Assembly (NCBI GenBank): GCA_965215885.1
Contig: CBDCEW010000064.1
Span: forward strand, 1 to 64,000
From: Candidatus Moanibacter sp.
GTDB lineage: Bacteria; Verrucomicrobiota; Verrucomicrobiia; Opitutales; UBA2987
Direction of reading: 5' to 3'
Length of the DNA stretch: 64,000 nt
The notes beneath the pieces are model-generated. The model searched no databases and had not been told where the DNA came from. It worked only from the letters and a program-made list of their open reading frames with translations. Positions 20,980 through 30,527 of this stretch are shown here, piece after piece. How positions within the stretch are numbered: the first letter of the stretch is position 1; the number at the start of each line of letters is the position of its first letter. The translations under genes were made by a program, and so were the position numbers.

Positions 20980-21798
20980 ATGAATAAGCTCTGTTCCGAC
21001 GAACTCCGCTTCTTTAAGCAGGAAGGCTACTTGATCAAGCGCGGTGTGATGGATCCGGCTCTCACGGCAAGGGCTCGCAAACGGCTCTGGGACGGTGCCC
21101 CGCCACGACTGAGAGAAGACAAACCCGACACCTGGATCGGCCCCTTTCCGGAAAATGAAGAAAGCCGGGACGGATCCAACGTTCGCGGCGGCTTCAGCTG
21201 GAAGTTTCGAGAACTGGGCGAGGAAGGCTGGATGATCGAGATGCTTGCAACCAACGCCACCGTATGGGGCTGGGCGGAGCAGATGGTGGGCGAGGGGACC
21301 CTGATTCGTCCGGACAAAATTCGGGGCATCTACTGCCGGATGCCCGAGGGAAATCATCCCGAGCGCGAGTTGACATGCCACACCGACGGACACCCGTTCC
21401 ACTTGGGTATCGTCGGATTGATCGACCACGTCCCGCCCAACGGCGGCGCCTTTACAGTCTGGCCGCGGAGCCACCGGACATTCTACAACGCATTTACCAA
21501 GCGCTATGCCCATGAACGCGCGGAAGGCTACGATGCGCATGTCGAATACTTCAACGCCCAGCCCTCCGTCGACTGCCACGGCGATCCGGGTGATATCGTT
21601 TTCTGGCACCACCGTATGGCCCACGCCGCCAGGCCCAACCGGTCTCCACAAATTCGCAAGGCCGTCCTCTACGACTTCCGTAAACTGGATCTGGAAGAGG
21701 TCCAGGACGAGCCGCCGCACAAAGATATGTGGAGTGACTGGTCCGATGAACTCCGCGCAATCGAAATCGATATCGAAGAAGGGCAGAAAATTGGCTGA
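20980..21798 (+). CDS. Phytanoyl-CoA dioxygenase (PhyH) family Fe(II)/2OG enzyme
   Basis: FFKQEGYL, HTD (HxD), GAFTVWPRSH and GDIVFWHHRMAH. Confidence 0.88.
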   Translation: MNKLCSDELRFFKQEGYLIKRGVMDPALTARARKRLWDGAPPRLREDKPDTWIGPFPENEESRDGSNVRGGFSWKFRELGEEGWMIEMLATNATVWGWAEQMVGEGTLIRPDKIRGIYCRMPEGNHPERELTCHTDGHPFHLGIVGLIDHVPPNGGAFTVWPRSHRTFYNAFTKRYAHERAEGYDAHVEYFNAQPSVDCHGDPGDIVFWHHRMAHAARPNRSPQIRKAVLYDFRKLDLEEVQDEPPHKDMWSDWSDELRAIEIDIEEGQKIG

Positions 21799-22035
21799 TC
21801 ACCCCATTGTGCTCAACAACGAGCAAGTCCGTCAGATTCCTCGATTAATGGCGAATCTTCATGATCCCTCCGGCACTCAGATCAGTGTCGGCAATCATCT
21901 CAGGGCCCTTCTGAAGCGACAATAGCCAATAAGGGACAGTCTCTTTATCCTCACCACGGTAATGTTGCAATTCGTGCGGAAGAAGGCCTGGTCTCTGTGT
22001 TTGACGTTCGCCCAATATTCAAACAGAAAAAAACG

Positions 22036-23373
22036 ATGGACGTAGAAGCAATCGAGAAGCTTCCAGCCACAGAAAGTGATAAAACCACGGCCGGTAACTA
22101 CTTCGTGGCTACCTATCCCCCGTTTTCGTTTTGGAACAGGGAGGACACTGGACAGGTTCACAACCTCCTCGCCGAGCCTACGCCCGCCGACATGCCGCTG
22201 GGTATCTATTATCATATCCCATTCTGTCGGAAGCGTTGTCACTTCTGCTATTTTCGAGTCTACACCGATAAGAATGCCTCCCAGATAGCCGCCTATCTGG
22301 ATGCTACTCTCAAAGAGCTACAAGCTTACGCACAAGAACCCTACTTCCGCTCCCGAAAACCGAAATTTATCTACTTCGGTGGCGGAACACCCTCTTATCT
22401 TTCTGCTAAGCAACTTATTTCCCTGACGGATCGCATGAAAGCGCTTATCGGGTGGGACGAGGCCGAAGAAGTAGCTTTTGAGTGTGAACCGGGCACCTTG
22501 AGCGAAAAGAAACTCAAGGTTATCAAGAGCTTAGGTACGACCCGATTGAGCCTGGGGATCGAAAACTTTGACGATCATATTCTCGAAATCAATGGCCGGG
22601 CACATCGATCCGAGGAAGTTTACCGTGCCTACGAATACGCTAAATCACTGGACTTTCCGCAGGTAAACATCGACCTCATTGCCGGGATGGTGGGCGAAAC
22701 CGACGAAAACTGGAAACGTTGTATCCGTAAAACCCTGGAGCTGCAGCCAGACAGCGTCACTATTTACCAGATGGAAATTCCCTATAACACCACCATTTTC
22801 AAGGATATGAAATCCCAGGGACGACAGGCGGCGCCGATTGCCGGGTGGGAAACTAAACGTGAGTGGGTAAACTACGCCTTCGACGAACTGGAGTCAGCGG
22901 GCTATACTGTCACAAGCGGATACACGGCCGTTCGTGATCCCGAAAATACTCAGTTCGTCTACCGTGATGAATTATGGACCGGTGCTGACCTTCTCGGCCT
23001 GGGAGTTGCCTCCTTCGGGCATATTGGCGGCATTCACTATCAGAACCACACTCAGTTCGATCAATATGTGTCGGAAGTGGAGAACGGAACTTTGCCTCTC
23101 TCACGCGCTCTCGTCACCACACAGGAGGAGAAGTTGATTCGCGAACTCATCCTTCAACTGAAACTGGGTCGGGTGAGCACGACCTATTTTGAGGATAAAT
23201 TCGGAATCGATCTCGCCTGCCATTTTAAAGTGCAGCTGGACGCGTTGTGCAAACACGGGTACCTGGAAGCAAACGGCGACTTTATCATCCTTACGCGTGA
23301 AGCTCTCCTCCGCGTCGATTCTCTACTCCACAGCTTCTTCCTCCCTGAACACCAGAACGCCCGCTACACCTGA
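22036..23373 (+). CDS. HemN-like (class C) radical SAM protein
   Basis: YHIPFCRKRCHFC (CxxxCxxC), YFGGGTPS, RLSLGIE, NIDLIAG and LGLGVASFG, with a HemN-type C-terminal domain. Confidence 0.9.
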   Translation: MDVEAIEKLPATESDKTTAGNYFVATYPPFSFWNREDTGQVHNLLAEPTPADMPLGIYYHIPFCRKRCHFCYFRVYTDKNASQIAAYLDATLKELQAYAQEPYFRSRKPKFIYFGGGTPSYLSAKQLISLTDRMKALIGWDEAEEVAFECEPGTLSEKKLKVIKSLGTTRLSLGIENFDDHILEINGRAHRSEEVYRAYEYAKSLDFPQVNIDLIAGMVGETDENWKRCIRKTLELQPDSVTIYQMEIPYNTTIFKDMKSQGRQAAPIAGWETKREWVNYAFDELESAGYTVTSGYTAVRDPENTQFVYRDELWTGADLLGLGVASFGHIGGIHYQNHTQFDQYVSEVENGTLPLSRALVTTQEEKLIRELILQLKLGRVSTTYFEDKFGIDLACHFKVQLDALCKHGYLEANGDFIILTREALLRVDSLLHSFFLPEHQNARYT

Positions 23374-23384
23374 GCTACAATACT

Positions 23385-23942
23385 ATGGCTGATCTTGCTG
23401 CAGCTGATACTTCCCAATTGCTCTATCCGTTATCTCTTTTTTGCGATAAGAACGGTCGTGCGGTCCAAACGATTCGGCGTATCGCGGATGCCGATCTCTC
23501 AGAACCCTATCGAAGTCTGCTTGACCACGACAGTGACATGACTTCAAAATTGGAGGAGTTTCACCAAGGCCCTATAGAATTGCAGGTGCTGCACTGCTCC
23601 ACTGAAGGTAATTCGCACCTCCGCGAAGTTGTCCTGCGTCTTAGGGGAAGTAAACAACCGGTGGAATACGGCGCCATCGATATCAATCTGGCCGCCTTTC
23701 AAAATCCGGTTCTTGAGCTTATCCTCCAGGGCCAACGTCCTCTCGGAGGTATCTTGTCCGAATTTGAAATCCAGTATGAGAGTCGGCCGCGGGCATTCAT
23801 CGAACTGACATCAGATACGTTTATTAATAGCGCTATTGGGCTCACCCAACCGACCGTCCTTTATGGCCGGCGCAATGTGTTGATGAGAAACTCTGGAGAA
23901 CTCTTGGCGCATATTATTGAGATTTTGCCTCCTTCAAGGTGA
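23385..23942 (+). CDS. Chorismate pyruvate-lyase-like (UbiC/UTRA fold) protein
   Basis: LLDHDSDMTSKLE, LREVVL, QRPLGGIL, YGRRN and IIEILP correspond to the UbiC/DUF98 motifs (xxT..L, REV.L, PLG, WGRR, xxE.F). Confidence 0.7.
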   Translation: MADLAAADTSQLLYPLSLFCDKNGRAVQTIRRIADADLSEPYRSLLDHDSDMTSKLEEFHQGPIELQVLHCSTEGNSHLREVVLRLRGSKQPVEYGAIDINLAAFQNPVLELILQGQRPLGGILSEFEIQYESRPRAFIELTSDTFINSAIGLTQPTVLYGRRNVLMRNSGELLAHIIEILPPSR

Positions 23943-23961
23943 GCAACGAATTTGATGGTGG

Positions 23962-25221
23962 ATGGACAAAAATCACCAATATGAAGCCATTGTCATTGGC
24001 GGAGGACCTGCTGGTTCCACCGCGGCTGCGATACTCGCGGAGAAGGGACATACTGTGCTCATTCTCGAAAAAGAGAAATTCCCGCGTTACCATATCGGCG
24101 AGTCACTCATGCCTTTTTGCTACTTCACGCTCGAGCGCCTCGGTGTTGTCGATCAGTTGAAGGAGTCAGCCTATCCGAAAAAATACAGTGTTCAATTCGT
24201 GCGTGAGGACGGTGATGTATCACAACCATTTTACTTTTTCCAACACCTCGATCATGAAGCTTCAACTACCTGGCAGGTCCTTCGTTCCGAATTCGACCTC
24301 ATGCTGCTCAACAACGCCCGGCGCCATGGCGCGGAGGTCCGCGAGCAGGTCACTGCCAAGCGTCTTATCAAGAGAGAGGGAGTCGTTGTTGGGGTGGAAG
24401 CTCTCTCCCACAACGGCGAGCCTCTGGAATTCTTGGTACCGGTTACGATCGATGCTTCTGGTCGGGATTGTGTAACCACGGTCAAGGAGGGATGGCGCTT
24501 GCGTGATCCCGAACTCAACAAAGTCTCGATCTGGACTTATTACCGTGGAGCAAAGCGCGATCCGGGCCTCGATGAGGGCGCAACAACCATCGCTTACATA
24601 GCGGATAAAGGATGGTTCTGGTACATTCCCATGTCGGATGATCTGGTGAGCGTGGGAGTCGTTGCGGAGAGAAAGTATCTCTACCGGAATACCCGTGACC
24701 GAAGGTCGATATTCGAACGCGAAATTGAAAATAATCCCTGGATTCTGGACCATCTCAACGGTGGCAAACAGTTTGGACCCCACTACGTAACAGGAGAATA
24801 CTCCTATCGTTCTCGTTACTGCGCGGCCGATGGGCTTGTCCTCGTCGGCGACGCCTTCGCTTTCCTGGATCCGGTTTTCTCCTCGGGAGTGTTTCTCGCC
24901 CTTTGGAGCGGCGAAATGGCCGGTGACGTCATCGATGAAGCCCTCGTTGCGGGTGATTGCACAGGGGAGCGCTTCGCCGATTACGGTGTCAAGTTCTGTT
25001 GCGGCATCGAAGCGATGCGCAAACTGGTCTACGCTTTTTACGACCCGAATTTCAGCTTTGGCAGGCTCCTTCGTCACCATCCTCATTTGCGCGGAAGGCT
25101 CACCGACTGCTTGATCGGCGATCTTTTTAGAAAAGACTTCGAAGAGCTCTTCTCCGCCATCGGCCAATCAGCAAGACTGCCTGAATCACTAAGCTATGGC
25201 TGGTCTCCCGCTAGTAGTTGA
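23962..25221 (+). CDS. FAD-dependent halogenase-like oxidoreductase (CmlS/PltA-type or geranylgeranyl-reductase-like)
   Basis: GGGPAGS, FPRYHIGESL, candidate catalytic Lys in YPKKYS, WFWYIP (WxWxIP) and GDAFAFLDPVFSSGV. Confidence 0.8.
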   Translation: MDKNHQYEAIVIGGGPAGSTAAAILAEKGHTVLILEKEKFPRYHIGESLMPFCYFTLERLGVVDQLKESAYPKKYSVQFVREDGDVSQPFYFFQHLDHEASTTWQVLRSEFDLMLLNNARRHGAEVREQVTAKRLIKREGVVVGVEALSHNGEPLEFLVPVTIDASGRDCVTTVKEGWRLRDPELNKVSIWTYYRGAKRDPGLDEGATTIAYIADKGWFWYIPMSDDLVSVGVVAERKYLYRNTRDRRSIFEREIENNPWILDHLNGGKQFGPHYVTGEYSYRSRYCAADGLVLVGDAFAFLDPVFSSGVFLALWSGEMAGDVIDEALVAGDCTGERFADYGVKFCCGIEAMRKLVYAFYDPNFSFGRLLRHHPHLRGRLTDCLIGDLFRKDFEELFSAIGQSARLPESLSYGWSPASS

Positions 25222-25277
25222 CTATCGCGAACAATCCGACACATGGCCTTCGAATTCAAATTGACGCGAAGAGTGGG

Positions 25278-26531
25278 ATGACTACGCGGGAGAGCCAGCT
25301 TGAGCAACTTAGGTCGTTGCTGAAGAGTCTGGTGCCCGGGAATGATTTCTATTCCCGGCGCTTGCGTGAAGCCGGAATTACGGAACCGATCGACAGCCTC
25401 GAGGACTTTTTCAAGCGTATGCCGTTTACGCTTAAATCGGAATTAGTCGATGATCGGGCGGAACATCCACCGTACGGTTCAAATCTGACCTTTCCCCTTG
25501 ATCACTATATCCGGTTCTGCCAGACTAGCGCGACGAGCGGAAAGCCGATGATCTCGTTGGACACCCGGGAGAGCTGGAACTGGATGTTAGATGCCTGGGA
25601 CCTCGTTTACCTCAATGCCGGTGTCAAACCTGGCGATCGGCTCTATTTCGCATTTTCCTTCGGCCCCTTTCTGGGATTTTGGACAGCCTTTGATTCTGCC
25701 GCGAGGCTCGGTTGTCTGTGTATACCGGGAGGCGGACTGAGCAGCCTTGCACGATTAAAGGCAATCAATAAGCATCAAGTCAAATTCCTCTGTTGTACAC
25801 CGACATATGCTTTGCACCTGGCTGAAGTCGCGGTTGCCGAGAGTATCGATCTGAGTAGGTCCGCGGTCGAAAAGATCATTGTCGCGGGAGAACCCGGCGG
25901 CAGTTTGCCCGGTGTCCGCTATCGTGTCGCGGATCTGTGGAACGGCGCTCAATTGTTTGATCATTACGGTTTGACGGAGGTTGGGCCCGTCGCCTTTCAG
26001 GATCCCATCCGCCCGGGTATTCTACGAATCATTGAGAAGAGCTACCTCGCCGAGGTTGTTGACCCCAGGACCGGCCGGCCATGCAAAGCCGGCGATACAG
26101 GCGAGCTTGTCTTGACGACTTTGGGCCGTACGGCGGCACCTGTGTTGCGATACCGAACCGGCGACTTGGTTAAACCCGTTGAGATACAAGGTAAGGAAGG
26201 CGCGAGTCTCGCGCTGGAGGGAGGTGTCTTTGGGAGATCGGATGAAATGGTAGTCGTTCGAGGGGTCAATCTATACCCAAGCGCGGTAGATAATATCGTG
26301 AGGTCCTGCCCGGGAATAGGCGAATATCGTGTTGTCCTGTGTCGAAGTGAGTCTCTCTCCGAGGTTTCAATTGAAGCGGAAGTGGAAACGGAAGACGGTA
26401 GCGGCGAACTCGCGCGTCAACTCGAGAGCGCCCTCGAATCCACCTTCCTGCTTAGAATCCCGGTTACGTTAATCGAGCGCGGTTCCCTTCCGCGTTTCGA
26501 ATTCAAAGCGAAGCGATGGATCACCCGGTAA
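25278..26531 (+). CDS. Phenylacetate-CoA ligase (PaaK)-like adenylate-forming enzyme
   Basis: TSATSGKP, AGEPG, DHYGLTE, RYRTGD, GRSDEMVVVRGVNLYPS and KAKR. An alternative TTG start at 25218 overlaps the upstream stop. Confidence 0.85.
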   Translation: MTTRESQLEQLRSLLKSLVPGNDFYSRRLREAGITEPIDSLEDFFKRMPFTLKSELVDDRAEHPPYGSNLTFPLDHYIRFCQTSATSGKPMISLDTRESWNWMLDAWDLVYLNAGVKPGDRLYFAFSFGPFLGFWTAFDSAARLGCLCIPGGGLSSLARLKAINKHQVKFLCCTPTYALHLAEVAVAESIDLSRSAVEKIIVAGEPGGSLPGVRYRVADLWNGAQLFDHYGLTEVGPVAFQDPIRPGILRIIEKSYLAEVVDPRTGRPCKAGDTGELVLTTLGRTAAPVLRYRTGDLVKPVEIQGKEGASLALEGGVFGRSDEMVVVRGVNLYPSAVDNIVRSCPGIGEYRVVLCRSESLSEVSIEAEVETEDGSGELARQLESALESTFLLRIPVTLIERGSLPRFEFKAKRWITR

Positions 26532-26560
26532 CCTTTCGGTCAAATTCCGAAAGGCTATTA

Positions 26561-27718
26561 TTATATATCTAGGATTCTCTTCGCAATAACCCCCTTGTGG
26601 ATCGGATAGCTCTCGGAAGTACGGCACACAATAGTACTCGAATCCACTTTGCCTTCACCCACAAGCTTCTCGAATTCCAGAATAGATCTGGCCGCGTTTT
26701 TGCCCGGATTTTCCTGCCACTTCGCTTCGAAAACATCGTACCTGCCTCCCTTGGGCACAATAAAATCGATCTCCTTGTTTCGGTCGCGAAAGAAGTAGAT
26801 CTTTGAGGCTCTATTGTAAGCCGCCCATCGTTTCCGCAGCTCAGCATAAACAAATGTCTCCCAAATATTGCCCAGAAGCGGAGATCGTAACAAATCCTCA
26901 ACCGTATCGAGATTCAGTAAAAAGCAGAGTAAGCCCGTATCTCGAAAGTACAACTTAGGGCTCTTGGCAATCGACTTAGACGCATTAACAAACCACGGCT
27001 CAAGCAGCTGGATTATATTTGAAGTTTCCAAGAGCCCAATCCAGTGGTTAATGGTGGTAGGACTAACCCCGACATCCCTGGCCAAATCCGACTTATTCAG
27101 CAGATTACCTGAACGGATGGCGCACGCTCTCAGAAATCGCTCGTAATCTCTCAAGCTCGATACGTTTGCTAACCTCCGTAGATCCCGTTCCAGGTATGTC
27201 GCCACGTAGGCTGAATAAAACTCGCCTTCGTTCAGATCGATTTCCTTGTATAACTCGGGATAGCCTCCCCGGAAGACGCATGCTTCGATAGGTAGATTCA
27301 CCCCGCCGCCGATGATTTCGCGGTAGGAAAGCGTCTCAAGCTCGACGATTGCAATCCGACCGGCTAAGGATTCCGAAACCTCCTTCATAAGGCTGAACTT
27401 CTCTGAACCACTCAGTATGTACTGACCCTTCCTATCACGATCGCTGTCGATAGCCACTTTCAAAGGTCGGAACAGGCCGGGGGCGTGCTGCGCCTCGTCG
27501 ATGATGCAAGGAGGAGTGTGTCGCTTCAAGAATGCGAAACCATCCGTGTCGGCCCTCTCTGACTCGCTGGGCAAATCCAGATTTACGAATGAATGCTTCG
27601 GGAAAGTCCGCTTGAGCAGCTCAGTTTTCCCAACCTGACGAGCTCCAGTAAGTAACAGAGCAGGCCGTTGCTCGACTAAACGCTGGACTTTTCTCTGTAA
27701 CTCCCTATTTATAAACAT
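26561..27718 (-). CDS. AAA+ ATPase with DUF4143 domain
   Basis: TGARQVGKT (Walker A), IIDEAQ (Walker B), ESLAGR, GGYPE, KSPKLYFRDTGL and EIDF...FEAK. Confidence 0.92.
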   Translation of the reverse strand: MFINRELQRKVQRLVEQRPALLLTGARQVGKTELLKRTFPKHSFVNLDLPSESERADTDGFAFLKRHTPPCIIDEAQHAPGLFRPLKVAIDSDRDRKGQYILSGSEKFSLMKEVSESLAGRIAIVELETLSYREIIGGGVNLPIEACVFRGGYPELYKEIDLNEGEFYSAYVATYLERDLRRLANVSSLRDYERFLRACAIRSGNLLNKSDLARDVGVSPTTINHWIGLLETSNIIQLLEPWFVNASKSIAKSPKLYFRDTGLLCFLLNLDTVEDLLRSPLLGNIWETFVYAELRKRWAAYNRASKIYFFRDRNKEIDFIVPKGGRYDVFEAKWQENPGKNAARSILEFEKLVGEGKVDSSTIVCRTSESYPIHKGVIAKRILDI

Positions 27719-28099
27719 TATACATAATTAAAAGTTTAACTTGGGATTTTACAAGTCAAAACTTAGGAATTATATGCATTGATAGATTAATTCTGCAAGC
27801 TGAGCCTCTGGGGATAATCAGAATTAGGGACAGGCAATCTATACTATTGCTAACACAATTTGTTCATGTTGCTATTGCCAGACAAATTTCAGGATCAAAA
27901 GTGGATGGGCGTAGTGGAGTGTATCATTAAGCTTCGTTTATGTATTCCGATGCACTGCATAACTCGTAGGTCTGCGTCATGCTCAGCAGGATGCCAGAAG
28001 GAAAGCCTTCCGTAGCCGCGGCCGCTAAGGACGCGGTGGATTGGAATATAGTTGCGGTCCCTTGGTTCGCGTCCATTGTCCCGCCAAGCGGCACGGCTA

Positions 28100-28264
28100 C
28101 GCCTTCGTTCAGATCGATTTCCTTGTATAACTCGGGATAGCCTCCCCGGAAGACGCATGCTTCGATAGGTAGATTCACCCCGCCGCCGATGATTTCGCGG
28201 TACGAAAGCGTCTCAAGCTCGACGATTGCAATCCGACCGGCTAAGGATTCCGAAACCTCCTTCA
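28100..28264. repeat. 165-bp near-perfect duplicate of an internal segment of the ATPase gene (27223-27387)
   Basis: Comparison by eye shows identity except one G/C substitution (CGGTAGGAAA versus CGGTACGAAA). Confidence 0.92.
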
Positions 28265-28353
28265 GCGATCAATCACCGCAAGGAACAGTGGTATGGCTAA
28301 TGCCGAAGATTGTTAACCACGGTTTTGTCCCGGCGATCCGGGACGGGGAGTAT

Positions 28354-29238
28354 TCATTTCTTAACGGGATTGACAGCGGCTTCTTCAAAGACGCGAAGCC
28401 AGTCGTGATGGGACTTGGCCACGCTCTCAGGGTTTTGGCGGCTGCGGGCGATAAAACCGGGGACATTTTTGCGTCCGGTCGGAAGCCCGATGCAACTGTA
28501 ACGAACGTCCAAGCTCCACCTGACCATATGCGTTGTATGCGGGTTTGATCGATGAACGACGCGCTCCATGGTGATCAACACATCACCGACGTCTACTTCG
28601 CAGGTGACGACCTCACAGTCCGGAAGGTCAGCTTCGGCGATACCATGGAAAAAGGCTGTACGAAAATTGTGCGGCAACAGACCGAGACGATGTGACCCAC
28701 GCATCACTTGCAAACAGCCGTTGTCGGCGGTGGCCTCAACCAGGGGGATCCAGAAATTGACGAATAATGTCTCCCCTGCATCCTCGGCCACAAGGTAGGC
28801 CAGGTCTTGATGCCACGGTACCACTGTCGCCTCCTCGTCCGGCATTTTGGCGCGTAGGTTGGATTGAGGATGAGCGTAAATCTCAGGACCTATCAGGGAC
28901 TCCGTAGCGTCCAGTATAGAAGGATGTGTTCTGAGAGCGAACATCCCAGCCGTCTTGTGTCTCTTGCCTTGAAAATGACGCCAGATCCGATCCGGTTCAG
29001 GACAAGCTCTCGACACCATCGCTAAACGCGTAGCAAAAGGCGCATCCGGAAACGTATCGGCAGGATCGAGCGGACCTTCGATCACCGCTTCGTTTGTCAG
29101 CTCGTCGACCTTGGCTACGAGCTCATCGATGAGGGGCTGGTATGCTTCGCCGGGGAGCAATTCCCGAACGATCAAAAAACCATCGTCGTGGAATCGCTGA
29201 ACCTGTTGTGGACTTAATCCCTGATTCATGGATGACAA
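28354..29238 (-). CDS. PhyH-family Fe(II)/2OG dioxygenase
   Basis: FHDDGFL, PWHQD, NGCLQVMRGSH, VVHRS and RWSLDVRY. Confidence 0.9.
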   Translation of the reverse strand: MSSMNQGLSPQQVQRFHDDGFLIVRELLPGEAYQPLIDELVAKVDELTNEAVIEGPLDPADTFPDAPFATRLAMVSRACPEPDRIWRHFQGKRHKTAGMFALRTHPSILDATESLIGPEIYAHPQSNLRAKMPDEEATVVPWHQDLAYLVAEDAGETLFVNFWIPLVEATADNGCLQVMRGSHRLGLLPHNFRTAFFHGIAEADLPDCEVVTCEVDVGDVLITMERVVHRSNPHTTHMVRWSLDVRYSCIGLPTGRKNVPGFIARSRQNPESVAKSHHDWLRVFEEAAVNPVKK

Positions 29239-29253
29239 TCCCGCTACCTGGAG

Positions 29254-30069
29254 TCAGTCGGCGGAGTCGGACAGACTCTTAGCCTGGATACTGTCAGGGC
29301 GGCTGCCGACAGAAGGAGCCGCCATGATCCGCAACTGCTGCTCGGTCGCATCCGGGAAATCCTCAGGACAGTAGTAGGTCTGGCTCCATGAAGAGTGGCC
29401 CGGACTGTATTTATAGAGTAGGGCGCGGCGCTCGTGTTCCGCCGTCCATGATCGGGTGCCATGCATAAGAGCCTCGGTGAATATTATCAGGTCACCGGCA
29501 TCCACCTTCGGCTGGACAACGTATTCAGCGTCCCTTTCCTGCAACCTCACGGCGTCCGGGATATCCATCACGAAATTGCTCTTGTGCGACCCCGGAATAC
29601 AGATGAATCCCCCATCTCCTTGCCCTGCCGGTGTAAGACAATACGTAAATACAGTCAGTCCATTGCGAATTACCCCTTTGTGGCACAGGTACCAGTGGTC
29701 CCCCTCGATTCCAGTCTCCAGCGCGGGTCCCCCGTGGATTCGTCCCTGAGAGCTTCCTTTGATCATAAATATGTTATAATCATGATCGATACGGAATTTC
29801 GGTCCAAGAAACTCTACTAGATAGGGCAAGGCTACGGGACGGTCAATCAACGCCTGAAAGGGCCGTCCCCACTGCGATACTCGAATCCGGGGGCGCGAAC
29901 TTTTCTCGCCGTAATCCTCCGTGTAAATCTCGTCGGCAATCCGGTTCATCTCCGCCACCTCTTCGGGAGCAAGGGCGTTCTTAATCACCAGATATCCTTC
30001 CAGGTCGAACCTGAACTTCTCTTCCGGGCTGATCATCGGGTTTGCGCTACTTTTCGTGTCTCCTTCCAT
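29254..30069 (-). CDS. PhyH-family Fe(II)/2OG enzyme with HxG instead of HxD
   Basis: FDLEGYL, RIHGG, GGFICIPGSHK, AGDLIIFTEALMHGT and ERRALLYKY. Start uncertain (30069 or 30036). Confidence 0.85.
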   Translation of the reverse strand: MEGDTKSSANPMISPEEKFRFDLEGYLVIKNALAPEEVAEMNRIADEIYTEDYGEKSSRPRIRVSQWGRPFQALIDRPVALPYLVEFLGPKFRIDHDYNIFMIKGSSQGRIHGGPALETGIEGDHWYLCHKGVIRNGLTVFTYCLTPAGQGDGGFICIPGSHKSNFVMDIPDAVRLQERDAEYVVQPKVDAGDLIIFTEALMHGTRSWTAEHERRALLYKYSPGHSSWSQTYYCPEDFPDATEQQLRIMAAPSVGSRPDSIQAKSLSDSAD

Positions 30070-30527
30070 AACGGGTAAACCTGAAATCACCCTGCGTAAG
30101 GGTCAAGTGGCAAAGATCGAGGCTACTACATGGGCGAGTTCGAGTTCAAGATGCTGGGCGTCATCTATTACCTCAATGACTTCCCCTCTTTGTCCCGCTC
30201 GTGCGGGATCCTGGCGTGCGACTCCTCACTTCCACTCCCTTATCCCGTTTTGGCGCGTTTTCGCGTATTTAGCGGGCCTCACTCTTATTTCGAGAACGAT
30301 TACGAGCACGACGATGATTAGCGAACGACAAAGAAGATCACCGGCTGCCGCGCGGTTCAATCTGACAGATAATTGCCAAAATGCATATCATTCTGTTTAA
30401 TTCTCTTCTCCACGTGAGGACTTACCAGTTTGTCTGCGTCGGCCTTAGGGCACTTCACATCGCCAACCGATACGACGCGCACCAGAACACATCTAATTCA
30501 CTCCACTCGAAAGCTACTCCTAAACCA

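Noticed and set aside
22036..23373. Calling this gene hemN or hemW
   Set aside because: Its operon context is unrelated to heme, and HemN-like proteins are functionally diverse, so no gene symbol was assigned.
27223..28264. Possible diversity-generating retroelement TR/VR pair
   Set aside because: There is only one mismatch (G/C), with no adenine-specific pattern and no reverse transcriptase in the window.
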